64,000 nt of DNA from Cyanobacteria bacterium auto_48_18 (GTDB lineage: Bacteria > Cyanobacteriota > Vampirovibrionia > Obscuribacterales > Obscuribacteraceae): contig JAVHQC010000033.1 of the NCBI GenBank assembly GCA_036170915.1, forward strand, positions 160,001 through 224,000. Reading direction: 5' to 3'. This document shows, in pieces, positions 28,301-36,474 of this stretch. A program made the position numbers and the translations under genes. Under the pieces are notes generated by a model. The model ran no database searches, was not told where the DNA came from, and was given only the letters and a program-made list of their open reading frames with translations. Position 1 is the first letter of the stretch; each line of letters opens with the position of its first letter.

Positions 28301-28568
28301 CATTGATTACGGCGCGGTCTATACTGCCAGAGCGATTGTTGACGCTCACAGTACCGATCCGCAAACATACGGAACGCCTTATCTGAGCAAAGATTATGTC
28401 GATTCCGTACGCCAGGATCCTCGCTTCGTGCCAAGACCGGTGCCTGTTCGCGACCAGTCTGGGTCCGTAGCCAGATATGATCAATCGCCTGTGCCGAAAG
28501 ATCGCCTGGTCAAGCGTATGATGGAACGGATGTTGGGCCAGGATGGCTACAACAACGGTAATGGTTGA
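22377..28568 (+). CDS. Giant VirB6/TrbL-like T4SS membrane protein with a repetitive Gly/Ala/Thr C-terminal extension
   Basis: Polytopic N-terminal ~450 aa (YMFAPLFLVFFALPDT); located between pilins and VirB3/VirB4-like genes. Confidence 0.75.
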   Translation: MDNGNSQASFKRRFHKQLLALVALLMLLAPFAFAVPVVLAQTMVPSPNDDFLPTDGGSTSPGASATQPTAENIYDAPGQTTLVQQQAEQNTEAVAQNVEQQLWPDFGAYNETYQGLSAFWGDDIISNFFANIGQLIGKWLSEFINGWVADAVQFLTGFLRIFVLNPNIAVNGLSTTPGQPGAAIDDISPYVRQGADIMYGIAIDLLLLLFILCIWKYWAEAAWRGGGNMMGAVGRLIFTSGLLLAWPTIYAFEIQITNEMIKALYFNSADQVAMLDAAMAAAVKGGLVAGAGLLANATAPIAGQVLGGVLGGGAGGIVLGTVGSLVAFVGLIIYLVLGGILIAQLIYILVLKAIQTALLTAQYMFAPLFLVFFALPDTENVCSGFVRSFVEVSLWTFVWVGMLKIMVIVVLSDFNPWGKIVMAVGVLQLMIQVPSFLARAQISPMSDFISAGLVTGGLLSGGKALSGMLADRGKHFANAVGNFGYAGAKGAPKSQSVELNGLANDVANPGLLKDIRGAAATGQVPGKDGKKPPPGAGGLGADGKPIKPPEGPKGPKDGKGGAGIGPDGKPIAPAANPLGAKGAKGEGEQGTSANVVPPGTKPITPANPGDKSAAEALANAGKNGATVAAVAGVVGAGMAAAGANGALSEANKAAGTGDQTGKDLSAQQLAEAAKATGNLVNAAGNLTDGKGKELLDSKGQPIKATVPPAAGDKGKAGEVLKDQATVSAKLADGKDAAGKVNGPEATAKGKDLATGIKPGDLPKAGGVGTNTDGASLKTAGDEVEVTGQNEDGTKAVASAVVPGMKVANATTTGAPNANLNPDGSTKTTVDGGKPGGTGAKLETVKGETNVVPKPGVNPVATGNGNKPVVPPINSSQLATATSAIATGKGIDPTTAIVTGDETLNPADPGAPVVADAKEGTFNNKQGTNNAATAATALATAATVVAGSAALKNAATSPQGKVETNVTGKVTGDGSTTGKPGSVVPPVGAAANLQTNTPASTTGVNAAGAPVVNATTETVEEGQQAASVLGAETNKLGTTTPGVNSANPAATLATAATVMAGSAALKNAATSPQQKVETNTTAKVVGTGTGTGSVVPPVGGNPLQTNANPVNGINNPAGTPVVSTNTETLEEGQQAANVLGAETNKLGTTTPGVNSANPAATLATAATVMAGSAALKNAATSPQQKVETNTTAKVVGTGTGAGSVVPPMGGNPLQTNVNPVTGVNNAGAPVVTNTELVEEGLEAAGALGAANVVRATGATTMPGANKLDNATGTTTTTSATGKIVPPTNQTANPTVTTQVTGAKGAGIVPPVATPTQFANTTGGTGGAPPTAGTATKFMDGGDGGDGGDDGSGGAGGGGGGMPPGGPAAQPTQPSGGQKASMFDGYMQAGYRHVPYRVAAAAIRLAQGATLGVSRSGKPENIYDNQGHMMHVRFGEGASDEQKGMQIMAGAYGELMSTDAEAYDAARQSSIDAGEHKPQSMAERAAAGILAYNGSSWSQTAAAKQRFARSMSKHAALGAQSYINGEEGNAYTEHLVNRYGPMSEDQQAWAAHIMTSTDSPESGWSWRMGPATDALIQSGLPISPVNRAVAANQSVLKAQPWLRGAAIRGGGEYMQARAKAEIPEGTSGLVQDAWYGNRAQSMPAEVVNTLGALTLAGIMDEDGHSVCRDFATVDQVAAMVGPGARPEDYVGAYNTLHGGSKVMANFVPSGGGGGGGGGGGHVNLGSAHMGGGSPPPSGGGGMTLGGVTVSGGGGGGGGGGTADVDLFLDGPSAGASNINPNAIPLPNNLPNLQGGGPTVVNSRLQPPSNQGGGGNVNLGSVKLPGGNVGSSTGQIQIGRVDGGNSGGSGSLPSENVSMDVEQSVSGQVVDYGGAQQQAISSAVSQFGGSQNLVKQVVADLRASGMDWKQIYDPTKSDSDPGKYQLLETAVQAYSQNPESMPAVAVAAQAVGASNVSMGDVQIVQSMFDADPKWQSNNIDYGAVYTARAIVDAHSTDPQTYGTPYLSKDYVDSVRQDPRFVPRPVPVRDQSGSVARYDQSPVPKDRLVKRMMERMLGQDGYNNGNG
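25170..26100 (+). repeat. Intragenic ~330-bp (~110 aa) tandem repeats
   Basis: ATAATVxAGSAALKNAATSPQ x3; near-identical DNA blocks starting at 25431 and 25761. Confidence 0.9.
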
Positions 28569-28620
28569 TAATTCAATCGTTACCAATGCTAGCGGCTGAT
28601 AAAACAGCAAAGTCAAAGCC

Positions 28621-29295
28621 ATGAAGTTCTTTAAACTGCGCCATCTGACAGTGGTCTGTCCTGAATGTCAAACAATTTTCGCCACTTATGAAGTGGCAAG
28701 AATGCCTGCCATCGACCCCACTACTCCCGTTGAGAGCGACTTGCATCGCATTTTACCTGATGCCGAATTACGCTCAAGTTTGCTTGCCATGTGTCCTAAT
28801 TGCATCTACACCTGGTGGTTGTCATCGTTTAAGGAGCATTTTTATCTGCCGCAAGTGGTGCCTGACAGCCCGCCTACAGAACCGGCAAAAAAGTTCGCCC
28901 ATGCCGTGGCTTCGGGTCGTAAACATAATGTGCACGCCCTAGATAAAGCAGTGCTCGCTTTAAATGGTTACTGGTGTGCCAAAGAACAAGGGGTGGACGG
29001 CAGCAGATTTCTTGCCCTGGCCAAGTCAGAGCTGCAAACGGCCTTAAACGATGACAGCTGGGCCGGCAACCGTAGTCGCTACAACTATGTTATGGGCGAG
29101 ATTGCGAGACTTACCGGTGACTTTGCTCTAGCGGTTAATCATTTTGAGAAGGTCGATAAAACTGCGGGTCTTCCCACTGAGCTGGTTTCTAAGATGCAGG
29201 AGTTCGCAGTTTCTGGGAATAAAAGCAGTGTAAGGCTTCCACCACATATCGTAGGTATGATTTTTGTTCCTGGCCACCGTGGGGCCGTCAGTTGA
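28621..29295 (+). CDS. Zn-finger plus TPR-like protein (DUF2225-like)
   Basis: CPECQT..CPNCIY; YVMGEIARLTGDFALAVNHF. Confidence 0.65.
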   Translation: MKFFKLRHLTVVCPECQTIFATYEVARMPAIDPTTPVESDLHRILPDAELRSSLLAMCPNCIYTWWLSSFKEHFYLPQVVPDSPPTEPAKKFAHAVASGRKHNVHALDKAVLALNGYWCAKEQGVDGSRFLALAKSELQTALNDDSWAGNRSRYNYVMGEIARLTGDFALAVNHFEKVDKTAGLPTELVSKMQEFAVSGNKSSVRLPPHIVGMIFVPGHRGAVS

Positions 29296-29331
29296 CCGTT
29301 TAAAAGCCAAGTTTTTAAGTAGAATGAAATT

Positions 29332-29670
29332 ATGGATGACATTACACCTCTAAACTTAGAAGACGCTCCCAAGTTATTTGGTATGCGTTTTGATCAGCTG
29401 TTCGCGATTCTTGCCAGCTTGATTGTTTCCACGCAGCTTTATTCGTGGATGAATCCGCTCATGTTCAATGGGCAAGATCTCAGGCTCTATATATGTCTGT
29501 TTTTCGGCATCCTTGGCCCTTTCTACTGTTTGGTTACTCTCAACCATTCAGCATCCTACTGGGAGACTTTGCTCAATTTTTATACCGGCTCACAAGTGCT
29601 GATTCCTGGGCCTGATCCAAATCCTGTCAGGTTTTTGACTGACGAAAAACTGCCGGAATTTATTGATTAA
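29332..29670 (+). CDS. PrgI/VirB3-like small membrane protein
   Basis: PLNLEDAPKLFGMRFDQL plus two TM helices, directly upstream of the VirB4-like gene. Confidence 0.65.
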   Translation: MDDITPLNLEDAPKLFGMRFDQLFAILASLIVSTQLYSWMNPLMFNGQDLRLYICLFFGILGPFYCLVTLNHSASYWETLLNFYTGSQVLIPGPDPNPVRFLTDEKLPEFID

Positions 29671-29688
29671 AGGAGTTCTGCTTACTTA

Positions 29689-32514
29689 ATGGTCACATCC
29701 ATAAATCGGTCTTACTCTAAAGAAAATAGTTTGCTTGGTTTTTTCAAACGAGGCAAAGATAAAGAGGCGCCGGTTTCTGCTGAAATTTTAGGCAAGATTC
29801 CTGGCCATGCTGTACCGAGACCCCATACATCAGCCGCCAGCATTTTGCCATTGTGGGATTTATTCCATGATGACGCTTCCGGACAGGGCATTCTTTGTTT
29901 GAAGGACGGTACTTATCGATGCGTCTTTGAGCTTGATGGTGTGCACGTCTCAGGTTTTGACGAGATGCGTCTGGTTTCTTTGATGAATCACTTTACTGGT
30001 TTTCTCAATGGTATCGACACTTCGGCGCAGTTAACGGTTGTCTGTCATAACATTTCTAAGCGCGAATATTTTCAAAGGCATCCAGTCGAAGTTAATGAAG
30101 ATCCGTTCTTGCGATATGTGGCCAAAGTAGTAGAGAACGACCAGGCGTCGCTCTTGTCGCGCAACTTTGTGCCTGAGCTCAAGTTCTATGTCACTTTCTG
30201 CTATCGGCCTCCTAAAGAAAAACCACCGAAGCAGACAATGATTGATGCCGCTGTCAATTCAGTGATGAATGCACTGACAAGTCAGGCTGCCAGACAAACT
30301 GTGGGAAGCCATTTTAAGAATGTCACCACATTAGTGCAGCGGGCCAATGGTTATGTCAGCCAGCTTGGTGCCTGTGGTATGGCCGGCCGGCCAGTGTCTG
30401 CCCTGGAATATTTTCGCATGATTTATCGCGAGCTTAATCCTAAGCAAGCGGAGCAATCAGAAGACACCTTGCCAGTGCCGGTGCGCCCCCAGACTCAACC
30501 TGTGCCGCCAATGATCAGACGCGTCTTTCCTGATATGGAACCAGCCACGGTGCGTCAACAATTAGTCGAATCTTGTTATGACTTCAGTTCGCCTGACTTC
30601 GTCAAGATTTCAGATATGACTGATTATATTGAAGCCACCGACCCTGGTGCCGATTTAACTAACCCTGAAGTAGCGGGGCGCTATGTGCGCACCCTTTATA
30701 TGAACCGGCTGCCAGAGCGCACCGGGCCGCTCTGGTTGCAACCCTTGCTGCGCCTTAACTGCGAGTGGCGTCTCAATATTTATGCGCATAAATTAGACAA
30801 AGAACTCTTCCGTAAGAGCTTGCAGAAAAAACAAGCGCAAGCATCAGCCAACACTTATCAGGGCATCATGGGTCAGCGCTCAGCCCCTAACCAGGAAGAA
30901 GCGGAAAAGGCACAGGAAGCCGCTACCATTGGTTCAGAGTTGTACACCACCAACATGGAAGTGTTCAATTACGCCATTTATTTCACTCTCTTTGCCGACA
31001 GCTTAGAAGAGCTAAATCGCTCTACCGAATTTGTACGATCAGCTGCTTCGCAGTGTCGTGGTGCCAGATTTATCATTGGTCACCATGAACAAAGATCACT
31101 ATTTATCGGCAGTCTGCCTGGCTTAGGTGTTGATGTTGCTCGTCGCGGTAAAGCCGTGCGCACACCCACAGTGCGAAATTCATTCCCCTTCGTTCATGCT
31201 AAGTTAGGCTCTGAATACGGTGACTGGTTAGGATTTTCCAAAGAAACTCTAGAGCCGGTCTTCCTTAATCCATATGATGAAAAATTACCAAACGCCCTCT
31301 GCATCGTCTTCGGTCAGCCGGGTGAAGGTAAATCTATGGTGGCGCAACAAATTATTCAGATGAAAACTTTGTCTGGAGCTAAGACGGTAATCATCGATAG
31401 ATCAGGCTCATATCGCATGTTGACTGAAGTCTATGACGACTGCGCCTATATCAAACTCGGCCCTGACGGCCAGGTTTGCATCAATCTATACGACTTGCCA
31501 TATCAGGGCCCCGATGGCAAAGCTGTAGATCCGGCCAGCCCACCTGAATCACACATTATCAAAATTTTGAATTTCCATTCAGTCATGCTTGGCGAACGTG
31601 GTGAGCAAGCGCTCAACAAAGATGAAAAGCCAATATTGATGCAAGGCATTCAGGCTATTTATAAAAGTTGCGCTGAGGCCGGACGCATTCCAATTGAATC
31701 TGACCTGGTGGCCTGGCTCACCGACGAATCAACTAAGCATGGCAAAACCAAGCGTGGTGATACTTGCGAAGATTTGTCCAACCGCCTCAGTCTTTACTGC
31801 AAGGGTGCTATTTTCGGTAAGCTTTTTGATGGGCCTACATCCATTCCCCTTGATACGCAGCTGATGGTTTTTGACACCTCAGATTTGGCTCACGACAAAA
31901 CTTTAGAAGCCGTTGTCACTTTGTTCGTCTCTGACTATGTATTGCGTAGAGCGGCTCAGCATAAAGCTGAACAAGTTGCTCTGGGTAAACCATCGCGCTT
32001 CGTTTTTTGCATAGACGAGTTGTGGAGACTGCTGCGTTATGAAGGCGGCAAGACTCTGGTTGAAGACGCCTCGCGTACCAGCCGACACTTAGGTCTACTG
32101 TTCATAGGCATCTCGCAAGAGCTTGGTGACTTATTGCGCGATGATCGCGCGCGCAACCTTGCCACCAACAGTGCCATCAAGATCATTCTTGGTAATGACC
32201 CTTCAAACTTTGAATTGATTCGCGAAGCCTGCGGTCTCACTCCTCAAGAAATGGGCGCCATTGCCCACCTCACACGTAAAAACAGAGAGTATTCAGACGC
32301 CTTTCTCATCTATCACAAACTCTCTCGCGGAGTAGTGAAGCTGGTGGTGCCGCGCTTCATGTATTGGGTAGCCACAACAGAACCAAACACAGACCAACCC
32401 ATGCGTTCAAAAATGATTGAACTTTGCGCCGGCGACGCGCGTTGGGCCTGCCATCTACTTGGTCAGGGTTACACACCAGAGACCTTTACACCTGATTTGC
32501 TCACGGCGGGTTGA
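29689..32514 (+). CDS. virB4: VirB4-like T4SS ATPase
   Basis: Walker A GQPGEGKS, IIDRSGSY, Walker B FCIDELW, RTSRHLG..ISQ. Confidence 0.88.
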   Translation: MVTSINRSYSKENSLLGFFKRGKDKEAPVSAEILGKIPGHAVPRPHTSAASILPLWDLFHDDASGQGILCLKDGTYRCVFELDGVHVSGFDEMRLVSLMNHFTGFLNGIDTSAQLTVVCHNISKREYFQRHPVEVNEDPFLRYVAKVVENDQASLLSRNFVPELKFYVTFCYRPPKEKPPKQTMIDAAVNSVMNALTSQAARQTVGSHFKNVTTLVQRANGYVSQLGACGMAGRPVSALEYFRMIYRELNPKQAEQSEDTLPVPVRPQTQPVPPMIRRVFPDMEPATVRQQLVESCYDFSSPDFVKISDMTDYIEATDPGADLTNPEVAGRYVRTLYMNRLPERTGPLWLQPLLRLNCEWRLNIYAHKLDKELFRKSLQKKQAQASANTYQGIMGQRSAPNQEEAEKAQEAATIGSELYTTNMEVFNYAIYFTLFADSLEELNRSTEFVRSAASQCRGARFIIGHHEQRSLFIGSLPGLGVDVARRGKAVRTPTVRNSFPFVHAKLGSEYGDWLGFSKETLEPVFLNPYDEKLPNALCIVFGQPGEGKSMVAQQIIQMKTLSGAKTVIIDRSGSYRMLTEVYDDCAYIKLGPDGQVCINLYDLPYQGPDGKAVDPASPPESHIIKILNFHSVMLGERGEQALNKDEKPILMQGIQAIYKSCAEAGRIPIESDLVAWLTDESTKHGKTKRGDTCEDLSNRLSLYCKGAIFGKLFDGPTSIPLDTQLMVFDTSDLAHDKTLEAVVTLFVSDYVLRRAAQHKAEQVALGKPSRFVFCIDELWRLLRYEGGKTLVEDASRTSRHLGLLFIGISQELGDLLRDDRARNLATNSAIKIILGNDPSNFELIREACGLTPQEMGAIAHLTRKNREYSDAFLIYHKLSRGVVKLVVPRFMYWVATTEPNTDQPMRSKMIELCAGDARWACHLLGQGYTPETFTPDLLTAG

Positions 32515-32515
32515 T

Positions 32516-33157
32516 ATGTATATGTTTGATTATCAAGCCGGTGAGAAATACAAAATGACTTTGATTACTGTCGGGCTAGCCGGGGTTATGGCTGGCGCGG
32601 CGTTGACGCTTTTTCTTTCACCTCAAAGTTCTGGGCCACCTTCGAAGACGAGGCCGAGGACACGGGTTGAGTCAGATCCTGATGTCACTGGTCAGGCGCG
32701 CCCAGTGGGAGGGCGTTATTTGAATCAGGGGCAGACGCCGGCTACTCCACCACCTAATGCCGCAGATATGGTGCAGCCAAATGCTGCTACCGAAATTGTC
32801 AAAGGCTTTTTGCCTCTGGCCTGGGATTTTTCATCAGCTTCCGCCCAAAATTCGCAAACATCAGCCATGAACCTGATGACGCCTGAGTGCGCGCAAAATT
32901 ATCAAACCAGTGTGTGGACTCCTGAAGTGGCCCAGGGCATTCTCGGATCTGGCATCAAAAGTAATTTCAATCAAACCATGGTGGCGGCAGGGCAGAATTT
33001 GCAAGATGGCTCTATCGAAGTGACAGTGCGCGGAACGCTGGATATGACTTTGCCTGACCAGCCGCCCACCAGTAAACCGTGTAACTATATCTATTTAGTG
33101 AAGAAGGTTAATGGGCAGCTAAAAATAGCTGGTATCAGCGAAGGTCCAGCGTCATGA
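32516..33157 (+). CDS. Bitopic membrane protein, VirB8/TcpC-like
   Basis: N-terminal TM and NTF2-like C-terminal pattern (YLVKKVNGQLKIAGI); operon position. Confidence 0.5.
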   Translation: MYMFDYQAGEKYKMTLITVGLAGVMAGAALTLFLSPQSSGPPSKTRPRTRVESDPDVTGQARPVGGRYLNQGQTPATPPPNAADMVQPNAATEIVKGFLPLAWDFSSASAQNSQTSAMNLMTPECAQNYQTSVWTPEVAQGILGSGIKSNFNQTMVAAGQNLQDGSIEVTVRGTLDMTLPDQPPTSKPCNYIYLVKKVNGQLKIAGISEGPAS

Positions 33158-33325
33158 TCGAGGCCACGAGAAAACATCAGTTGTGGCATGATAATAGAAA
33201 GGCTTGGTAGAAATACGAAACTTTTGGTAGATAATCGCTTCTCTTTTCGTATTCACCGCAGAACTGGTGCGGGTTTTGTTGTGCAACTACTTGTATAAAA
33301 GGTATAAGTAAGTAACGATCAATTT

Positions 33326-36300
33326 GTGTCTGAGGAGACCTCGATGAAGTGGGTTGCGCAAATAAATGAAAGGGGTCTGATTTCGTCCTATCGCGATATG
33401 GATAGCAACGAGCAGATTTCTGCCAGAGAGTACGAACGCCGCATGCAAATGCAGGGTTCGGTGGGCGCGCCCTATGAAGGTGGCGGCAGCTTGCAGGCTT
33501 CGCCTTATCCACAGACTTATTCGCAAGCTCCTGTTCAATATAATGGCGCGCAGCAATATCAAAGCCCTGTTCAGCCAGCGCAAATGCCTTTGCAGCAGCC
33601 CATTCAGACTGGCGGACAGCCGTCGTCATACTCACAGATGGGCTATCCTCCCCAATCTTATCCAACAGCTATACCGCAGCCCGTGCAACAACCACCCAGT
33701 CCGCTGATTCAGCAGGGTGCTAGTCTCGTTGGGGCCGATGGCGGCCCGCCGCCTATTCCACGGCCAACAACCGGTCTTGTACCAACCATGGGCCAGGCAG
33801 TGCAGGGCAAAAATCTTCGTCTTGAAGGCCGACCTGAACACAGCCAACAAGTGCAAAACTTTGCCCCGCGCAAAGGCAAAGGCTTCCTTGATGCAACATC
33901 AATAGCCATTTTGATGCCTACTCTGGTGCTGCTGGCTCTAATCATTGCTGCTGCGCACAAGAAAAGATTATTCCCCTGGCAAACAATCAGAACTTTCAAC
34001 CCACCATCTGGTTTGATGACCCCGCGCGATTATGAGCGCTCTTATGTATGCCCACCCAACGGACGCAGGCATGGTCGCATGGGCGGCAAAAATCCTAATG
34101 CCACCTGGACAGAATCTGACGGCGTAGTCATTCCGTTCGGATTCCTAGCGCGCACCCACCTGCCGGTGACCATTCCCATGGGTCGCCTGCCAAACAAAAA
34201 CATGTTCATTGTTGCTCCGTCAGGTTCAGGTAAAACAACCTTGATGCGGGCCGTAATCAAAGCTTTGCTGGCCAAGCCATGCGTCATTATTGCTTTAGAA
34301 GCTAAAGCGAACGATCCTAATTTAGATGAACGCCGCGAAGGTTTCAAATACACAGTCTTGCCTGAAGCTGAACACGCCGGTTTCCGCACGCTCTACTTCA
34401 ACCCATTAGATGCTGATTCAATTTGTTGGAACCCGCTCGATCAAGACGCAGTCACGTTTGCCACATCAATTGTGCAAGACATCAACTCGTTAGAAGCTGA
34501 AGAACAGCACTGGGCAGAGCGAGATCTAGGTTACATCGAAGGCTTGACTCAACTGCTCAAATGGGGTGGTGTGCAGGTCATGGGCGAAGATGAGAACGGC
34601 CAACCATCTCAGCTTGATCCACTGCCATGTAATCCATATGGTTTGATGAAACTGGTAAACAATCGCCGCAACATTGTTGAATCGTTGCGTAAATTGAAAG
34701 CAGATCCAAATATCAACGCCGGCGAACTGGGTGAATTGACTCAACGTCTTTCATCGATTATTCGTACCGACAGTGATTGGGATAAAAACATTCAGGGTGT
34801 ACGCGGCCGTCTGCGTATGTTCAAAAACCGCGCCATTCTCAAAGCCACAGAAAAATCAAATGTGGATTTGAAGACCAGTATGCACCAGCCCACAGTGCTG
34901 ATTTTCGGTGCTCCAGCATCACTTGGTCCTGACGCAGAGTCGCTGGCTGCATGCTTCGTGCACCAGATGCAACAAGCTTTGCACACCAGATATGGTACAA
35001 AATCGGTCTTGCCTCTCTTTGCCTTCTTTGATGAATATCAAACTTTGAACATAGATTTGGCCGGCAGATTGTCTGCTATCGTCCGTGGTGCCAACGGCGG
35101 TCTGACAATCATTCTGCAGAACATTTCGCAGATCACCAGTGGTGGTGCCTCCGTAGCACCAGAATTGAAAACTATTTTCTCCAACAGCGCGGTACGTGTC
35201 TGCTTGCACAACGCAGACGAAACCACAGCCAAATTCTTCTCAGAAGAAATCGGCAAACACGCGGTGGTTGTCCCTGGTATTGCCGACCACTTCCAGGCCA
35301 ACGGATTTGGTATTTTCCCCACCAGTTGGAACAGAATTCACAGCCAACAGGTAGTGGCCAGAGTCGACACCGATTCTATTAAGCGTATGGAAAAACACCA
35401 CGCTCTGGTTTATCTCTCACCAGCCGGCGATCCCGAATTTGGCGAAACAAAGCCATTCATGGTTGACCTGCGCGGAATTGAAGAAATCGCCAAACTGCAC
35501 TTGCTGCACAACGTCAGTGCCAGAAGACACGCCGGAGACGGAGATGACTCAAGCAGCGGCACAGGTGGTGGCGGCGCTGGTGGTAGCGGTAATGGCGCGC
35601 CTGCAGCACCTAGTTTTGCCACGCCAGCAGGAAGTTTGCCTTTCCCCAGTCGCGAAGACATCGGCAATGTTGCCGCTCGTGGTGCCGAACTGGCTGATGC
35701 TGCACCTGGACCCATAACCGCACCAGGTTTTGTCAGCCCGGTTATTCAGACCGGTTCTAATGCGTTGCTGGGGTCTCAAACCGGATCCAATCCGGTCATG
35801 CAAGCTCCTATTAATGGTATGGGTCATGGTAATGGCAATGGCTCAGCGGCTGCACCGGCTAACAATGGCGCTTCGCGAATTTGCCCAAATTGCACAAAAT
35901 TGGCCGGCAAAGGTAAATTCTGCATTGAGTGCGGACAATTTATCGGACTGCCGCAAGCTGTCGAGGCTACTGTTACTGCTTCTACTTCTGCTGAGGTGAT
36001 AGGCAGCAACGGTGGCGGTGGAAACATCCTCAATGGTGGCGGTAGTCTTCCCAACCCTATGCCTGCAACCAACGGCATTATTCCAAGCTACGCAGAGGCT
36101 AATCCGAGCAATTCGAGCAATGGTCCAGCGGTAGACTCTATGGGTAACGTTATCGATGGTTCTGACGGGCAACTGTCCGCAATTCCCGGCCAGCAAGCCA
36201 CACCGCGCTATGGTGGTCTGCGTCCACAAACACGCGAGGCTATGCCATCTAAACGTGGTCTGTTCGAGAACGGCGGCGGCAACCCCGAGCCTAATCTCAA

Positions 36301-36388
36301 CCAAACCAGACGGCCCATGACCAGCCTCAACCCTGATGTTTCCCATTTGGGCCTCGACCCAACAAAGAAGCCTGGCGTAGAGTTCTAA
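33326..36388 (+). CDS. virD4: VirD4/TraG-like type IV coupling protein
   Basis: TM segment, Walker A APSGSGKT, WNPL, Walker B FFDEY, ILQNISQI, TAKFFSEEIG. Confidence 0.85.
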   Translation: MSEETSMKWVAQINERGLISSYRDMDSNEQISAREYERRMQMQGSVGAPYEGGGSLQASPYPQTYSQAPVQYNGAQQYQSPVQPAQMPLQQPIQTGGQPSSYSQMGYPPQSYPTAIPQPVQQPPSPLIQQGASLVGADGGPPPIPRPTTGLVPTMGQAVQGKNLRLEGRPEHSQQVQNFAPRKGKGFLDATSIAILMPTLVLLALIIAAAHKKRLFPWQTIRTFNPPSGLMTPRDYERSYVCPPNGRRHGRMGGKNPNATWTESDGVVIPFGFLARTHLPVTIPMGRLPNKNMFIVAPSGSGKTTLMRAVIKALLAKPCVIIALEAKANDPNLDERREGFKYTVLPEAEHAGFRTLYFNPLDADSICWNPLDQDAVTFATSIVQDINSLEAEEQHWAERDLGYIEGLTQLLKWGGVQVMGEDENGQPSQLDPLPCNPYGLMKLVNNRRNIVESLRKLKADPNINAGELGELTQRLSSIIRTDSDWDKNIQGVRGRLRMFKNRAILKATEKSNVDLKTSMHQPTVLIFGAPASLGPDAESLAACFVHQMQQALHTRYGTKSVLPLFAFFDEYQTLNIDLAGRLSAIVRGANGGLTIILQNISQITSGGASVAPELKTIFSNSAVRVCLHNADETTAKFFSEEIGKHAVVVPGIADHFQANGFGIFPTSWNRIHSQQVVARVDTDSIKRMEKHHALVYLSPAGDPEFGETKPFMVDLRGIEEIAKLHLLHNVSARRHAGDGDDSSSGTGGGGAGGSGNGAPAAPSFATPAGSLPFPSREDIGNVAARGAELADAAPGPITAPGFVSPVIQTGSNALLGSQTGSNPVMQAPINGMGHGNGNGSAAAPANNGASRICPNCTKLAGKGKFCIECGQFIGLPQAVEATVTASTSAEVIGSNGGGGNILNGGGSLPNPMPATNGIIPSYAEANPSNSSNGPAVDSMGNVIDGSDGQLSAIPGQQATPRYGGLRPQTREAMPSKRGLFENGGGNPEPNLNQTRRPMTSLNPDVSHLGLDPTKKPGVEF

Positions 36389-36474
36389 TTTGATCACTTA
36401 AGTGTGCATATATTCCGCCCAGCGGGTAAATCACCTTAGGGACACCACTTTAGGAACCACGTCACCTTTTGGTT

